Positions 44,989 through 58,929 of a DNA stretch of 64,000 nt are shown here, piece after piece. Under the pieces are notes generated by a model. The model searched no databases. It was given only the letters and a program-made list of their open reading frames with translations, and was not told where the DNA came from. This DNA comes from the human T2T-CHM13v2.0 reference genome, Homo sapiens. The translations under genes and the position numbers were made by a program. Position 1 is the stretch's first letter. Every line of letters starts with the position of its first letter. The stretch lies in NCBI RefSeq assembly GCF_009914755.1, contig NC_060934.1, one strand, 5' to 3'.

Positions 44989-46106
44989 GCATCCTCCGTC
45001 TACTTACAATGGGGTTCTGTCCTGATAAACCCGTCATGGGTTGAAAATACCTTAAGTCAAAAATGAATTGAATGCCTAACCCACCCCACATCACAGCTCA
45101 GCCTGGCCTACCCGAAACATGCACTCAACGCTCCCATTAGCCTGCCTGTGGGCAAAATCAGCTCACGCAAAGCCTGTTTTATAATAAACTGTTGAATAGC
45201 TCATGGAATTTGTTGAATACTGTACTGAGAGTGGAAAACAGAATGGTTATCGGGTACTCAAAGTAGTTTCTGCTGAGTGCGTTATCGCTTTCTATTTGGT
45301 CTTCCTGTTCCCTGACATACATCTCTTAAAATCCTTGGAATCTCCAAAGCAGTATCTTCTGTATGTGAATGATCGGCTGCTGGCTGGCAGACTCTAGGTA
45401 TTATGCCTTTGGGATGGGGCTACTCACAAGAAAGACCAAGGCAGGATTAGGGGCGGGGGTGCTGAAAGTCCCAGCCTCTGTCTTTGTGGGGGCTGAAGGT
45501 GACCGCCAATGGCCAATAGTTTAAAAGTCCCCAAAAGGACAGGATTCAGAGAGTTTTGAGATACCTGAAAACGTGGTTTCTGGAGGGCAGCGCTGTGGCG
45601 GGAGGGCCTGGAAGCTCCGCCCCTTCCCCCATACTTTGCCCTAGACATCTCTTCATCATGATCCTTTGTAATTTCCTTTATCGTAAACCAGCAACCGTAA
45701 GTGAGGGCTTCCCTGAGTTTTGTGAGCCACTCTAGCAAATTAACCGAACCCAAGAAGGGAGTCGTGGGAACCCTGATTTATAGCTGGTCACTGAGAAGCA
45801 CAGATAGAGCCACCTGGGGCTTGCGATTGGCAGCAGGAGTGGGGACAGAGTCTTGTGGACTGAGTCCTCAGCCTGTGGGATCTGACGCTACCTCTGGGTA
45901 GTGTCAATAGCGTCAGAATTGAATTGGATTGCAGGACACCCAACTGGTGTCTCTGCAGAACTGACGGCTTGCTCATTGGCGTGCAGTGGAGAAAACCCCA
46001 CCCACACAGAGGTCTTCTGTGTTGATCATTGTGCGAGAGCAGAGAAAAAACAGTTTTGAGTTTTTTGGACTCACCTTAGCACCATCATAAAGTCAGGGAC
46101 CATCTA
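44989..46106 (+). mobile_element. MER47A split by a MER21 LTR
   Basis: ACTTACAATGGGGTTCTGTCCTGATAAACCC...ATCGCTTT, resuming at GCACCATCATAAAGTCAGGGACCATCT. Confidence 0.82.
45291..46073. mobile_element. MER21-like LTR
   Basis: GAAAGACCAAGGCAGGATTAG; CCCTGAGTTTTGTGAGCCACTCTAGCAAATTAA; GTCAGAATTGAATTG. Confidence 0.82.
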
Positions 46107-47993
46107 CATTTTCAGAGTGTTGCAAACAGATTTTTTTGTTAAAGTACTCAAAACATTAATTTCTAGGAAAACAGGATTCATAAAACAAAGAAATGCAACC
46201 CCCCCACTTTATGATTAAATTCAAAAAATATGAAAATTAGTCTGCCAAATGCTTTAAAAGTTCTCAAAACCTTACTCTCAATTTCTGAACTTACCTCTTC
46301 GCAGACGTGTAGCAAGCAGTCCCCCAGGTGGCCCCAGGTCACGGGCTACACGTTGAGTGGCTCTAAGACATATGTTACCACCGGAGCACTCTTCACCCAA
46401 GAAGATCATGGAAACACAGGTCAAATAAGGTGTGGAAAACACCACGTATAGTTTTGGACGTGCACAGCGAGGCAGCATATTGAAGGTGCTGAGAAGTCCT
46501 GTTTACAACAAAAACAGAAATCTGCTCACCTTTGCTCAGTTTCCAAATTTGACTGTCACTTTCTCTTTTTGTGTTTACTTATTATTTTTATGTAACATTG
46601 CAACATTTGCCAAACCCCATTCCACCAAGAAATGCTTGCCTGGCCTCATGGGAACCTGCTCAGCCTGGCAGAAGGAAGTCACTAATTCTGAAACCTAAGG
46701 TCCGGGTCAGGCCCGAGGTGGCGATGCCTGGAGCCAGGCGCACCAAGCAGTGCAGGCAATCGCTTCAGGTGAAACTCAGTTTCCTCTTTATTTGCTTTGC
46801 TGCAGTGAATAAGAACCCCAGCTGTTACTGTTACTGCAACTTGGCCATTGCCTGGCACGTGGGGCCGCGTGGCCGTTAAGAAAAGTCTGCGCACAGAATA
46901 CACTCATTTGAGTGTAAGGAGACCACGCGTTGCATCAGGGAGCTCCAGCGCACCAGGAAGAGCGACACTGTTTATCCCTCCCCCAGCTCCAGAGTGGGTT
47001 TTCCTAATGAGCAGGTAGGGGGTGAATATCTCACCGCGCAGCTTCCTTACAGGAGGCTTTGAATGCTGCCTGGAGTATATTTGAATCCCCAGGCCCGCTG
47101 ATCCCCCTGTAATGAAACAGTTCCTTCTAGTCCAGTTTCTGCACACGGAGCACCCTACTCCCCATCGTGTCCTTGACGCCGAGACCGTGGAAGGAGGCTC
47201 TGCCAGCCGGGCCTCCACTCACCATGTGCTGGGCCAGTCGTGGCTGCATCTGGCTTGAGAGTTCACCCAGGACACCTGCGTCTTTCCAAGGCCTGTGTTT
47301 TCTGCCGCTGTATCCCCAAACCAAAGGCAAACCAAAGTCAAGGTCATTGTCTTGTCTAGGGCTCCATCTCCTAACTGTTTCCTCCTTCCTAACATGACTC
47401 TGCATTCCTGGGGGGCAGAGGGCGGTGGTGACTGCTACAGTCTCGGCGGATCCACGCCATCCCCACTACAGACAACATGGCGGTTTCCCTGGTGGCCAGA
47501 CTTGCTGTTTAGTCTCAGAAAATGTAGCTGCAGGCCAGCCATCCTCAAGTCAGGCATGTTCTGCCATCGCCCAGCCATGCCCCAACACCCAGCATCGAGG
47601 GCCAGTACTGGCAGGTGCCCAGAGACTTTCCAATTAGGAGGTCCCCAGACTGTGTCACAGTTGTCTGTGGGTAGACAACACGTCAGCCAATTCTTTTGAT
47701 TTGGCTCCCAGAAGAAGGGCGAGTCTCCGTCCCCTACCCCTGAACGGGGCCCAGCTGTGGGCACTTGCCTCTAACAAGGGGACTGCGAGGCAGAGACACC
47801 AGCTATTCTTTGCGAATCAGGGAAGAAAAGGGAGGCGGCCTCCCACTGGCTGGCTCGCTCTCTCGGGGACTCAGCTTAAAACCCTGAGCCACCAGGTGAG
47901 CAGGGTGGCTATCCCGAAGACACCATGCTGGGAAGATCCCACCACAGAACACGCACAAAGAAACGCCCCAAGATGAGGAGCTCAGGGGTCCTG

Positions 47994-48210
47994 GCCCCGC
48001 CCCCCCCGTCTCCCCCTCCCTCCAAACTCACCTACTCCCTTCCCAGCCCCAGCCCCGCTCCAGCCTCACCCCCAGCCCACCCATCCCTGCCCCCTGCACA
48101 CCCGGCTTCCTCCCCACACCAGTCACCCACACCCGGCTCCCTCCCCCACACTCACGCACACCTGGCCACCTCCCCCCACCACTCACCCCCACCTCGCTCC
48201 CTCTCCCCCC
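47994..48210 (-). repeat. C-rich low-complexity tract (G-rich on minus strand)
   Basis: Many runs of three or more C in ~215 bp. Confidence 0.85.
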
Positions 48211-48831
48211 ACAACTTAATGCGCACACCCAGCTCAGCCACTCCCCTCGGGGTTGCTGTCTCCTCTCCCCTCTTTCTGTTGTGGAAGCCTCTACTTAGGA
48301 AGCCCACGGGGTTACCTGGTGCCCACCTTGGACATCTCTGTTCTCCACGTGTGTCAGGCTCAGCTCTCCCCACGGCTGTGCATCTGGAAGGTGACTGCGT
48401 CCCATCCCTGGGCACCCCGGTCACCCGCGTCTCCCCTGTCCCCCACGGGCAGGGCGAGTGCCTCCGGGTTCCTCACTGCTGGCTGACACCCTGGAGTGCT
48501 CACGGAGCAGGATGGGCTCGCAGAGCAGAACAAAGCAGCAGAACTCCAATGTCCGCTGCTGCTCAGCAGGACGACAACTCACATCTTCATTAACAGTGAG
48601 GAGCCAGCACCGACCAGGAAATCGTCTGGTTAGAACAGAAAAGGTAAACAGGCAAGATCTATGTTTTTGTTGCATGAGGCCTGGTAAGACTGTGAATGGG
48701 CAAAACGACCGATTTTCTTATTTCTCAAATAGAGAAGATAGTAATGCTGTTGTAAGGGTCAAATGCGATGATTTGTGTAAAATGCTTTGCACAGTGCCTG
48801 GCATACAGGGGCCTCATAAATGTGGGCTGTT

Positions 48832-49144
48832 TCTTGTTTTGTTTGTCTGTCTGTTTTTTGAGACAGGGTCTCACTCTGTCGCCCAGGCTGGAGTGCGGTG
48901 GTGCAATCATGGCCTCACTGCAGCCTTGACCTCCAGGGCTCAGGTGATCCTCCCACCTCAGCCTCCTGAGTAGCTGGGACCACAAATGCACACCACCATG
49001 CCCAGCTAACTTTTTTAAAAACTTTTTTGTAGAGAGGGAGTTTCGCTATGTTGCACAGGCTCGTCTTGAACTCCTGGGCTCAGCAATCCGCCTGCCTTAC
49101 CTCCCAAAGTGCTGGGATTACAGGCGTGAGCCACCGCGCCCGGC
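48832..49144 (-). mobile_element. AluJ (adjacent to MIR ~48715-48820)
   Basis: TSD ATGTGGGCT at 48820-48828 and 49147-49155. Confidence 0.93.
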
Positions 49145-49159
49145 ATATGTGGGCTATTC

Positions 49160-50057
49160 CTATTCACATTAGGCGTCATCTCAAGTGTAACATGTCCCGT
49201 GCTGCACTCCTGATATCCCCCTGCTCCTCCCATCTCCCCATCCCAGTGAATGGCACCTTACCACTTTGACTTGTTCAGCCAAACAACCCCAAAACCCAGA
49301 AAGCCTTCTCCCCACAGTCTACATCCAGCCCAATGGCAAAGTTTTTGCTTCTGTCTTCAACATATACCCAGTTTTGACCATGTTCCCCCCTTCACCTCTA
49401 TTACCCTGACCCAGCTGTCATCCACTCCCTTGGTTTGCAGCCAAGACTTTGCACCCCTCACACATCCACCCACTCCCACCACCCTAGTCCTCTCGACCAG
49501 CAGCCAGACGAAGTGTGTCAGCACAGAAGTCACATCAGTGTTTTGCTCAGAATCCACCAACAGCTTCCCATGTTTCTCAGGTAAAAGCCCAGTCCTCTCC
49601 TGATCTCACGACCTAGTGGTCTGTTCCCTGCGTCAGAGTCTCTGTGCTCCTCTGTTGCCTATTTCCTTCCCGTGGTGGCCTGGCCTCACTGGCCTGCAGG
49701 CTCTTTCTGGAGCTCGCCAGGCCCACACCTGCCTCAGAACAGTGCACTTGCTATTCCTACTGCCTGAATCTTCTCCAAATATCTAGATGGCTTCCAGCCT
49801 CTTCTCAAAGCTCAGCTTCTCAGGGAGGTCTTCCCTGACCACCCAAATTAAAGTCACCACCCATCCCCAGCATTCTCCACGCTTCCTCTGTCTGGGGTGG
49901 TTCCCTCAGCCCTCACCACGGTCTAACTGACTTGGGGCTCCCTTTGCCTTGTTTCCCCCACTGGAAGGTAAGATACGCAAGGGTGTGGCGTGCACTGCTG
50001 TATCCCCAGTGCCTAGAATCAGTGCCAAACACAGAGCAAATGCGGAGTGAATGTTGA
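49160..50057 (+). mobile_element. L2a 3' portion
   Basis: CACTGCTGTATCCCCAGTGCCTAGAATCAGTGCC 3' terminus. Confidence 0.8.
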
Positions 50058-50130
50058 GGAAGGGAGGCAGGGAGGGAGGTAGGGAAGGAGGGAAGGAAGG
50101 AAGGGAGGGAGGGAGGGAAGGAGGGAGGGA
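50058..50130. repeat. (GGGA/GGAA)n polypurine repeat
   Basis: Seen directly, at the L2 tail. Confidence 0.9.
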
Positions 50131-51884
50131 GATGGCACACTACTTTGCCTCAAATGATTGGAAAAAAATCCAAGCTGATCATGTACCCTCGCTTGGTTTC
50201 CAAGCTGAAACAGACAGACCTTTGGTGCCTCCCCAGTGGGGAAGGGAAGTACGCTGGCTCCCGGGTGGCCCTGCCTTCGTCTTTCATTTAGTGGGGTGTG
50301 CAGTGTGGTCACCATTAGTACATGGCTCATACTTCCTCTGATCTTAGACATCATCCTCATGGTCAAGTGAGAACAGAGTTAACCTCTTTGGATAAAGATA
50401 TTTGCCCAAGGTGAGCGAGGCTGGAGGTCAAGTCTTCCTTCTGGGATGCCAGTTCACTGGGAGTCTCCTTGGCACGTCACGGGCAGGTCTCCTACCTAAC
50501 TCACCACCACCACCACTTGCTCACAGCAGGGCAAATGTGTGGCCCACATGTACCAACAGCCTGCAGATTAGAATCGCATGAAGCTGGAGGTTCCAGGATA
50601 AGGTTTTAGTCCAGAGTCTGATATCAACCAGAGCCTCAAGCTCTGCAACCTGAAGGAGGCCACTGTGACCCCAAAGAGTGAGCTACCGTCACCTTCTCAG
50701 GAGGGTGCTGTCACAGATGTTTTGGCTGCTCCCCCCATGCATGTTTAGGGCAAGAGCCTTAAGCGGTTCAACAGCTCTTTCCTCCTTGCTTTCTATTTTC
50801 ACCCATGGACTCATTCAGCACATGCTACTGAAATCCCATCTAGATTCCAAAGATAAATGTGCACAGAAGTTATCCCCTAGGGCCCTCCTTTCTTCCCTGA
50901 ACCCCTTCTTTCTTTCTCTTGGAGCTCGCTACCCTCTTCCGTAGGTGGCTCCCTGGGGTGAAGCTTGGGGCCTCCAAGGCAATAAAGGTGTCCCTTCCTG
51001 GGCAGACAGGCAGCACAGATGTTCTCCTGGGGGAAGTCAGGGCCCTCCGAAGGCCCACCTGAGGTCTGCTGGCTGCCCCGAATATTCTGTCACCCCACAG
51101 GCATGAGAAATGAGGGGGACAGCCTGGCTCCACGTGGCCCTTACAAAGTCCCGGGGAGATGCAGTGGGGAGAGCAAGGGAGCAGTGAGTCAAGACTGGCA
51201 GGAGCTCTGGGTTCGGCAGGGAGGGGCTTGTCGGAGCTGGCACTGCCACGTGGCACCAAGCCCAGGCATAGCAGGTGGCACCGACACAGCCTTAATTGAT
51301 AGCTTAATTAAGGAATTAGGTAGGTTATAACTTCCAACCTACAGCTTGCTTAAGCTAAATTTCATTATCTCCCTTTGCTGTGGAACCGCACATCATGCAG
51401 TAAAGGAGGAGTGGGTGTCATCTGCCCAAGAGTGGTCACTAACATGCTTTGGCCTATCTGCATGCAAGATGGGAAGAAAAGTGAGGTGTTAGGGAGCAAA
51501 TGTCAACAGGTGCTTTCTCCCCTCGCTGGAAGCTGCTCCAGGAAACCCCCAAAGGCAGCCATTTACCCTTTTCCCCCCAGAACTTGCTAAATAGCCTTCT
51601 GAGGATGAGAAGCATCATCTCCAACAGCCAGACCAGAGCCTCCAAAGGTTCTAAGCCTGTGAAATAAACGAAGTCTGCTGGGACACAGAGGAAGACAGAC
51701 AGCATCTCTTGCATCTCTGCGAGCTCTGCAAAGGACACCACTCTGTGCTCTGGAACTGCAGCGTGCAGCTGCCTCTTCAGCTGGGGCCTCTGCCCCGCTC
51801 ACTACAGCCCGAGGTGGGGCTGGGGAACTTGAACTTCTTCCTGACTGTTCCAGGAAGCCTGGCATTGATCCTTCTCGCTCACAC

Positions 51885-52035
51885 TGTGGTCCCTAGAGTA
51901 GCAGCATCAACTGCACCGGGAGCTTATAAGAAATACAGAGTCTTATAGAAGCAAATCACACACCTATGGGATCAGACTTTGGAGCAAGGTCCCCAGGTGC
52001 TTTGTGTGCACAGTGAAGTTTCAGAATCAGTGACT
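51885..52035. mobile_element. MER5A-like
   Basis: GCAGCATCAACTGCACCGGGAGCTT...CCCCAGGTGCTTTGTGTGCACAGTGAAGTTT. Confidence 0.65.
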
Positions 52036-52841
52036 TGGGTAATAGATAGTATAGTTTCACTTCCAGTTCAAATGAACCCTTTCCTAAAATATTCTGTGTA
52101 ACCTGAAACTGGGTAAGAAGAGTTTTATGAAAAACCTCGGCCACTGGATAGAGATCCATACACGAGATCTGACACCCTTATTTAAATGTAGATAGGATGC
52201 TGGGGTTCGCAAGATAAGTGGTACAAGGCGGTGAGAGTCTCAGATTTGGGAGGGGAGTACACAGCAACAGAGAAGAGAGACAGGACACAGAAGCACTCGT
52301 AGTGAACCATGCCTTGTGCCTCTGCCCGTAGGCAGGTGGGTGGTGTACTTTGTGCACACTGGCAAGGTCCTCTTCCCACTGCAGGGCAGGTACGGTGGGG
52401 TTTGGAACACGGATCAAGCCTTTGAAAATACACCCAGGAAAACCTGCAACCCACAAGGCTAGGAGTCCAGCCGTTCGTTCCACTTTGCTGATCTCTTAAG
52501 CCAGTAAAGCTCCTTATTTGCACGGAAACTTGCAATTTCACTACCCCCCAAACCCTCCACCTTCAAGTCATTTCCAAGGAGGCCCTGGGGCCCCAGGCAG
52601 CAGACACAGAAAAAGCCTGCTGCAAAGAAGGTTCACAAGTGACATCACGACAGCCTTGGAAGCCAGGAGGAACGAGTGGTGCATATTTAATTTGATGTGG
52701 GGGGCAGCCACTGAAGGTTTCTAAGCAGGAAAATGACATAACCCAAATCGGGGTTTAAGGGTAAGATTTGAGATAGACTGAGTAGAAATTTATTGAAATC
52801 ATCTAAGCAAGTGTTAACTGAAGGCTTCCACTAGGGTCTTG

Positions 52842-53151
52842 GTTTTTGGTTTTTTGTTTTTGTTTTTGTTTTTTTGAGATGGAGTCTTGCTCTGTTTCCC
52901 AGGCTGGAATGCAGTGGCGTGATCTCAGCTCACTGCAACCTTCCCGGGTTCAAGTGATTCTCCTGCCTCAGCCTCCTGAGTAGCTGGGATTACAGGCACC
53001 CACCACCACCCCTGGCTACTTTTTGTATTTTTAGTAGAGACAGGGTTTCGCCATGTTGACCAGACTGGTCTTGAACTCCTGACCTCAGGTAATGCACCTG
53101 CCTCGGCCTCCCAAAGTGCTGGGATTACAGGCGTGAGCCACTGCGCCCAGC
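52842..53151 (-). mobile_element. AluSx-like
   Basis: TSD CTAGGGTCTTG at 52831-52841 and 53152-53162. Confidence 0.95.
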
Positions 53152-53413
53152 CTAGGGTCTTGTTTAGGAGGATAGTGAACAAAATTTAACTTTATTCTGC
53201 TGGACACTCACTGGCACATGGTAGATGGTCCATAACGTTACGGTGAATGAACAAATGTGTGACATGGGGACGTCATCACCTATATGCTGTACACAGCAAT
53301 GCATTGAGACCTAAGTTTTGTTGGGTTATTTTTACCCATATTAACTGGGCCAAAATATCATTTTTTGAATATTCCTGACTGGGCTTGTCGGTTGGTTTTG
53401 CATTTATATAAAT

Positions 53414-53443
53414 AACCACTATTACTTTTGCACCAATCTAATA
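53414..53443. mobile_element. Solo HSMAR1/MADE1 terminal inverted repeat
   Basis: AACCACTATTACTTTTGCACCAATCTAA followed by TA. Confidence 0.7.
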
Positions 53444-54356
53444 CCTCGCCTCTGTCCTCTCGCTTAAGTTGTGGGCTGTCTGGCTGCAGGCAGGGGGCAT
53501 GCATAGTGTCGGCTGTTTTCTTCATTTGTGGCCTTTGGTCGGCTTTGGGATGGAGCAGGAGTTGGGAAAGGTGAGGTCTGGTCCCGCCGAGTCGTGAGAC
53601 CACAGACAGATCAGTAGATGATGCTGGACTTGTCTTCATCGAGCATTCGAGGGCCTCTGAACTTGTGTGTGTTTCGATACCAGATGATGTGATTAGAGTG
53701 TGTGGTTTGTAGAAAATTAAATTCTTTAGCCAAACCGGCTGCTAAAGCTTCTGCCCAGAATCAATATACTATTAGAAGTCCTGGAAACTAATAAACATAC
53801 CATAACTATTAATTTATGAATAGATTTTTGGAAATAACCTCAGAGAAGTAATCCAGGCTTGAAGCAAGTTTTGCAGCACCAGATGGAGTGTGTGAGTTTA
53901 ATCAGGCTCCTGAAAAGGGAACTGTACAATATATTCTTAAAAATTCACTATCATCTCTGAGTTCAGCCTTAGAGAAGCCAGAGGAAGTATAGGAAGAATC
54001 GAGAACTTAGAAGAAGCTGAGATAAGAAATGACTAACACAGGGAAGCCCAGAAGTTCTTTTATGATAAAGTGTGGTGGCAGCAGCGGGGACAATGGACCC
54101 GTCTAGAATCCAGTCACCTGGCCAGCTTCGCCTGAGCATGAAGAGGCCAAAAAAGAACCTGGCCTCACCTGACCAGTGTCCCACACACAGGGTGGCAGAG
54201 TGAAAGTCCGGCTGTCAGTGGACCCTCAGGATGTCCCCATCACACCCGGCGCAAGAGCATTTTTTAAAGGGTAAATACGTTCAATGTAAAGGACTGCTTT
54301 TGAGTTTATGGTCTTCTTTCTTCTGTTATGTATTTTTAAATTGTGTTATATATTAA

Positions 54357-54560
<204 letters not shown>

Positions 54561-55798
54561 TGACAAAGTAAGAGTGGACAACTTTGTGACAGCACCCCAC
54601 GTCTCAGAGAGCATTTTAGCAACTCATGAAATCCAAAAGAACAGGCTATCCTGGACTAGTAGATCACCCAGTGATTTTTAAAAGATGGGTCAGAGTTTCA
54701 AACCTCCTCCACCTCCTTTCTGGTATCAATAAACACCTTCTCATTGTTTCTGATCAGGGTTGGCCAGGGATAAAAAGATTGGCTTCCCATGCTTTAAAAA
54801 AGAAACCTTTAAGTCCAGCATCGATTTATTCAGCAGGAAGGGAACAGGAGGCATCTGATCTGAGGCTCCCTCCATGATTTGAGGTCTTCCCATCTCTGCG
54901 ATATCTGCCTTTCAAAAACTAGGATTATTGCTTGTTGAGCTTTCACGCTCCCAGCATCATTTTGACCTTCAGCTTCAATGGCGGACACAATGAAGTGCCT
55001 TCATCTCCCTGCCGCCCTGGCCGTGGGCACTCCGTGTGCTTCTGGTGGTGTCCCCTGGTCTCCAGGACTCCCGGGCCTCTGACCACCAGCTGGTTTCAGG
55101 GCACCCCCGGTCACCCCTCTGAGTTCTCTCACCACTTCTTCCTCCCCAGATGGAAAGACCAAGACTGTCGAGGAGGGAACAGCACTGCGAGACCCTCCCT
55201 GAGGACCAGGCTGGCTGAGTTCCACCTGCAGCTCTGTCAGTGCTGGTTATGGCTGTCACCTGAGCGGTGCCCACGTGGGGACTGTGCATCCTGTCCCACT
55301 CCCGTCTGTTCCCACCTACCTGGGCCCTGCCCCCTTTCTCCCCAACGCAGCTCCCTGCCGTACTTCACCGTGGCTGATTCTCACATCCCAGGTGCCTGAC
55401 CATCAGTCCTGAGATCTTCATGTCCTAAGAAGCCTCCCAGTCTTCACACAGACAAAGCTCACGCCCCTCCTGATGGCCCAGGAGAACCTCAAGCTCATGT
55501 CAACGACTCCCCTTTCCAGTCCAGTCAGGACCTTTGGCACCGTAATGCTCCAAGCCTGGTCAGAGGCTGTCAGGATGGATAGGCAGGGGAGGTAGATGTG
55601 AATGCTGTTCTGTAGCTCTTCTTCACTTGGCAATAAATGAGAGGTTTCTTTCCATGCCAGTACATAGAAAGTGACCTACATGTTTTTACAGGGTGAACGG
55701 TTTTCTTCTATGTGCATGTACCATAATTTAACCTGTCCTCTACTGACAGACATTCAGCTTATTTCCAGTTTTTCTCTATTTTAAAAAAAGTGCAACAT

Positions 55799-55906
55799 GA
55801 GAATCATTTGAACCCAGGAGGCGGAGGTTGCAGTGAGCTGAGATCACACCACTGCACTCCAGCCTGGACAACAGGGTGAGACTCTGTCTCAAAAAAAAAA
55901 AAAAAA
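55799..55906 (+). mobile_element. 5'-truncated Alu 3' end within an old antisense L1 fragment
   Basis: TSD AAAAAAGTGCAACA / AAAAAGGTGCAACA. Confidence 0.9.
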
Positions 55907-56439
55907 GGTGCAACAAACATCCTTTTACATATATCTTTTCTCACTTGTATTTCTGCCCATAGAAATAGGATTGCTGGACCAAACAATATTCACATAAATT
56001 CTGAGGCTACAAAGTGGTGCATTTTGGGAATGCAGTCTTCTTCTCCCTAGCGGGGCGTGAACAGCATTATCTTTGCCAATGATTGTTTCCATTTCAGTTT
56101 ATCTAATGATGATGTAGAACATGCTTAATAACTTTGCACTTCTACATTTTCCTTTACCGTTCTTGGCCCATATTTCATCTGGGGGCACTTTATAAGTCTA
56201 AAGGGAAGAAAGGCCTTTTAAATATGAATGGCATTAGCCCTTCCCCTATGTGAACATTTAAATTCATCATTTAGCCTTCCCTGAGCATCTGTTCCAGGCA
56301 CCGGAAGACGCGTCCATCATCTCGGTGAAGCCTCAGAGCAGCCTGCAGGGAAGGCCTCGTTTTCCCTACCTCATTCATGAGCCAGACGTCCCATGCAGTT
56401 TAGTAGAGAAGCTGAGACTCATCTCCAAATTTGTTTTCA

Positions 56440-56850
<411 letters not shown>

Positions 56851-56983
56851 AAAATACAAGTGATTCGATGTAGTTGGTCTTGGGTGGGCCTGAACATCAG
56901 TATTTTTAGAAGCACTTCAGGGGATTCTTCTTTGCAGCAGGGTTGAGGTCCGCTGCCTTCCATCATCTCCACTGTTCCTTCCA

Positions 56984-57253
56984 GCTCTGTTGTGCAGGCT
57001 GGAGTGCAATGGCGCGATCTTGGCTCGCTGCAACCTCCACTTCCTGGGTTCAAGTGATCCTCCTGCCTCAGCCTCCTGAGTAGGCTGGATTACAAGTGTG
57101 CGCCATCATGCCTGGTTAGTTTTTTGTAGTTTTAGTAGAGACGGGTTTTTGCCATGTTGGTCAGGCTGGTTTCAAACTCCTGGCCTGAGGTGGTCCACCA
57201 GCCTCAGCCTCCCAAAGTTCTGGGATTACAGGCATGAGCCGCTGTGCTTGGCC
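56984..57253 (-). mobile_element. AluS lacking its tail
   Basis: Dimer, 3' end missing. Confidence 0.9.
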
Positions 57254-58929
57254 CCACATATGCTATTTCTAAATCACATCTCCTCTTTCTTTACTACATG
57301 TGGAGCAGACTTTAAATCACTGCTCGACGAAGTCAATGATGTTCACATACGTAGAAGTTTCTCAATGCTGCCTGCTTTATATTCAGATTATGTTGATTTT
57401 CCTCCAAATGACAAATCTGAATTACAGATAATTTAGTAATTGGTGTTTAATACTTACAAATACGTAAAGCAACAAACTGGAATAAAACCAAGGGATGCTT
57501 TGTGGAAGTACTTGAGAATGTTGAAGTCCAACTGATTTCTAATTAGCATTACTTTCCCATGTAAATGCACGCCCCTCCAATCCCTAACTTAACACATCCT
57601 TCGCTCCAGCTACGACTCAATCGCTGCACATCCCATCTCATCCAAACCTTTGAGCTGCATCACTTCCCACTTGTGCCTGTGGCCACTGCAGTCTGATTCT
57701 GACTCTAGGAATCACAGCAGGTGACAGCAGAGAGCTCCTCATTGTCAAGTCCAAGTGGACTTTCCAGGCCTCCCTCACTGGGCCCTCCTGCTGCATTTCC
57801 AGTGCGGATGCTGCCTCCTTCCTGGAGCCCCTGCTCCTCCAGCCATGGCACAGTCTCCTCAGATTGCCCTGCCTGTGCCTCCTCCCTCCTGGGTCACATG
57901 TGACCTTACTGTGTCTTTACCTCTGGACTCCCACTAGACTCAGCTCCACATCGCTCCTGGTCACTGAAACCTAGCACTGTGGTGGTGGGTGACTATCCCT
58001 AACATTCCAAATCATTCCTGAGTGACAACGCTGTGTGGATATTTCAGAGATTAACTCAATCTTCATGACTCTATGAAATAAAAACTACAATCTTCATTTC
58101 ATAGATGAGGAAATGGATCAGAATATAAGCCCCATGAGGACAGGGACTTTGTTGTCCTGTTACATGATGATCTCAACAGGACCTGGAACGGTGGCTGGCC
58201 ATGAATGCAAAATTGAAACCTCAGCCAGTCTGACTCCCATCCCAGGGCACTCAAACATCAGCTGCGACTGCCCCTGCGAGTCCTTCGGAGGCTCCTTTCC
58301 CTCTGGTACCTCTCAAATGCCCACACCTTACAGCAGAGCAAAGTAAGGCCCAGAAGAGGTGTGTGGCCCAAGGTCACATTGCTAACATGTGGCACACTCA
58401 GACTACAATGCAGACTTGACAACCTCCAGTCCACTCTACCAGACTGACAAATGCACAGGGATGTTGATGTCTTTTCAAAGATAACTCCGCTAAATGGTAG
58501 TACCTGTAGTCTGTGATGCAGACGTGGCTGATAACTTAACAAATGTCTTCGTGTCTGCGGCTCAGCTGTGCTGTTGTCCCAGGTGCCCCACCTTGGCTGG
58601 CATATCTCCCAGGCCAGCACTCTTGTGACTCTGCCCCCTACATGCTGGGGAGTCTCTATCTCTCTCTGGGACAGCCAACCACCTGTCAGACAACATCATC
58701 TGTCAATCTCCTAATCTTCAAACTCTACATGTCAAAACAGAAGTCGTTTTCCCACTAAACCTAAACCAGCACCTTCTGAATTCCTTTTATGAGATGATGG
58801 CCCCACTCTTCACCCTACTGCCCAACGCAGGAACTGCAGAAATCCATCTTGACCCTTCTTCTCCCCATACAGGGGAGCGTGATGTTTCAGAGCAAAGGCT
58901 CTGAAGAAAACAGCTCCATTCACGAGAGA

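Noticed and set aside
47925-48593. 222-aa proline-rich ORF
   Set aside because: Explained by a C-rich low-complexity tract that lacks stops; no recognisable domain.
57336-57420. Possible C/D box snoRNA (ATGATGT...CTGA)
   Set aside because: Imperfect C box, no terminal stem and no evident host intron.
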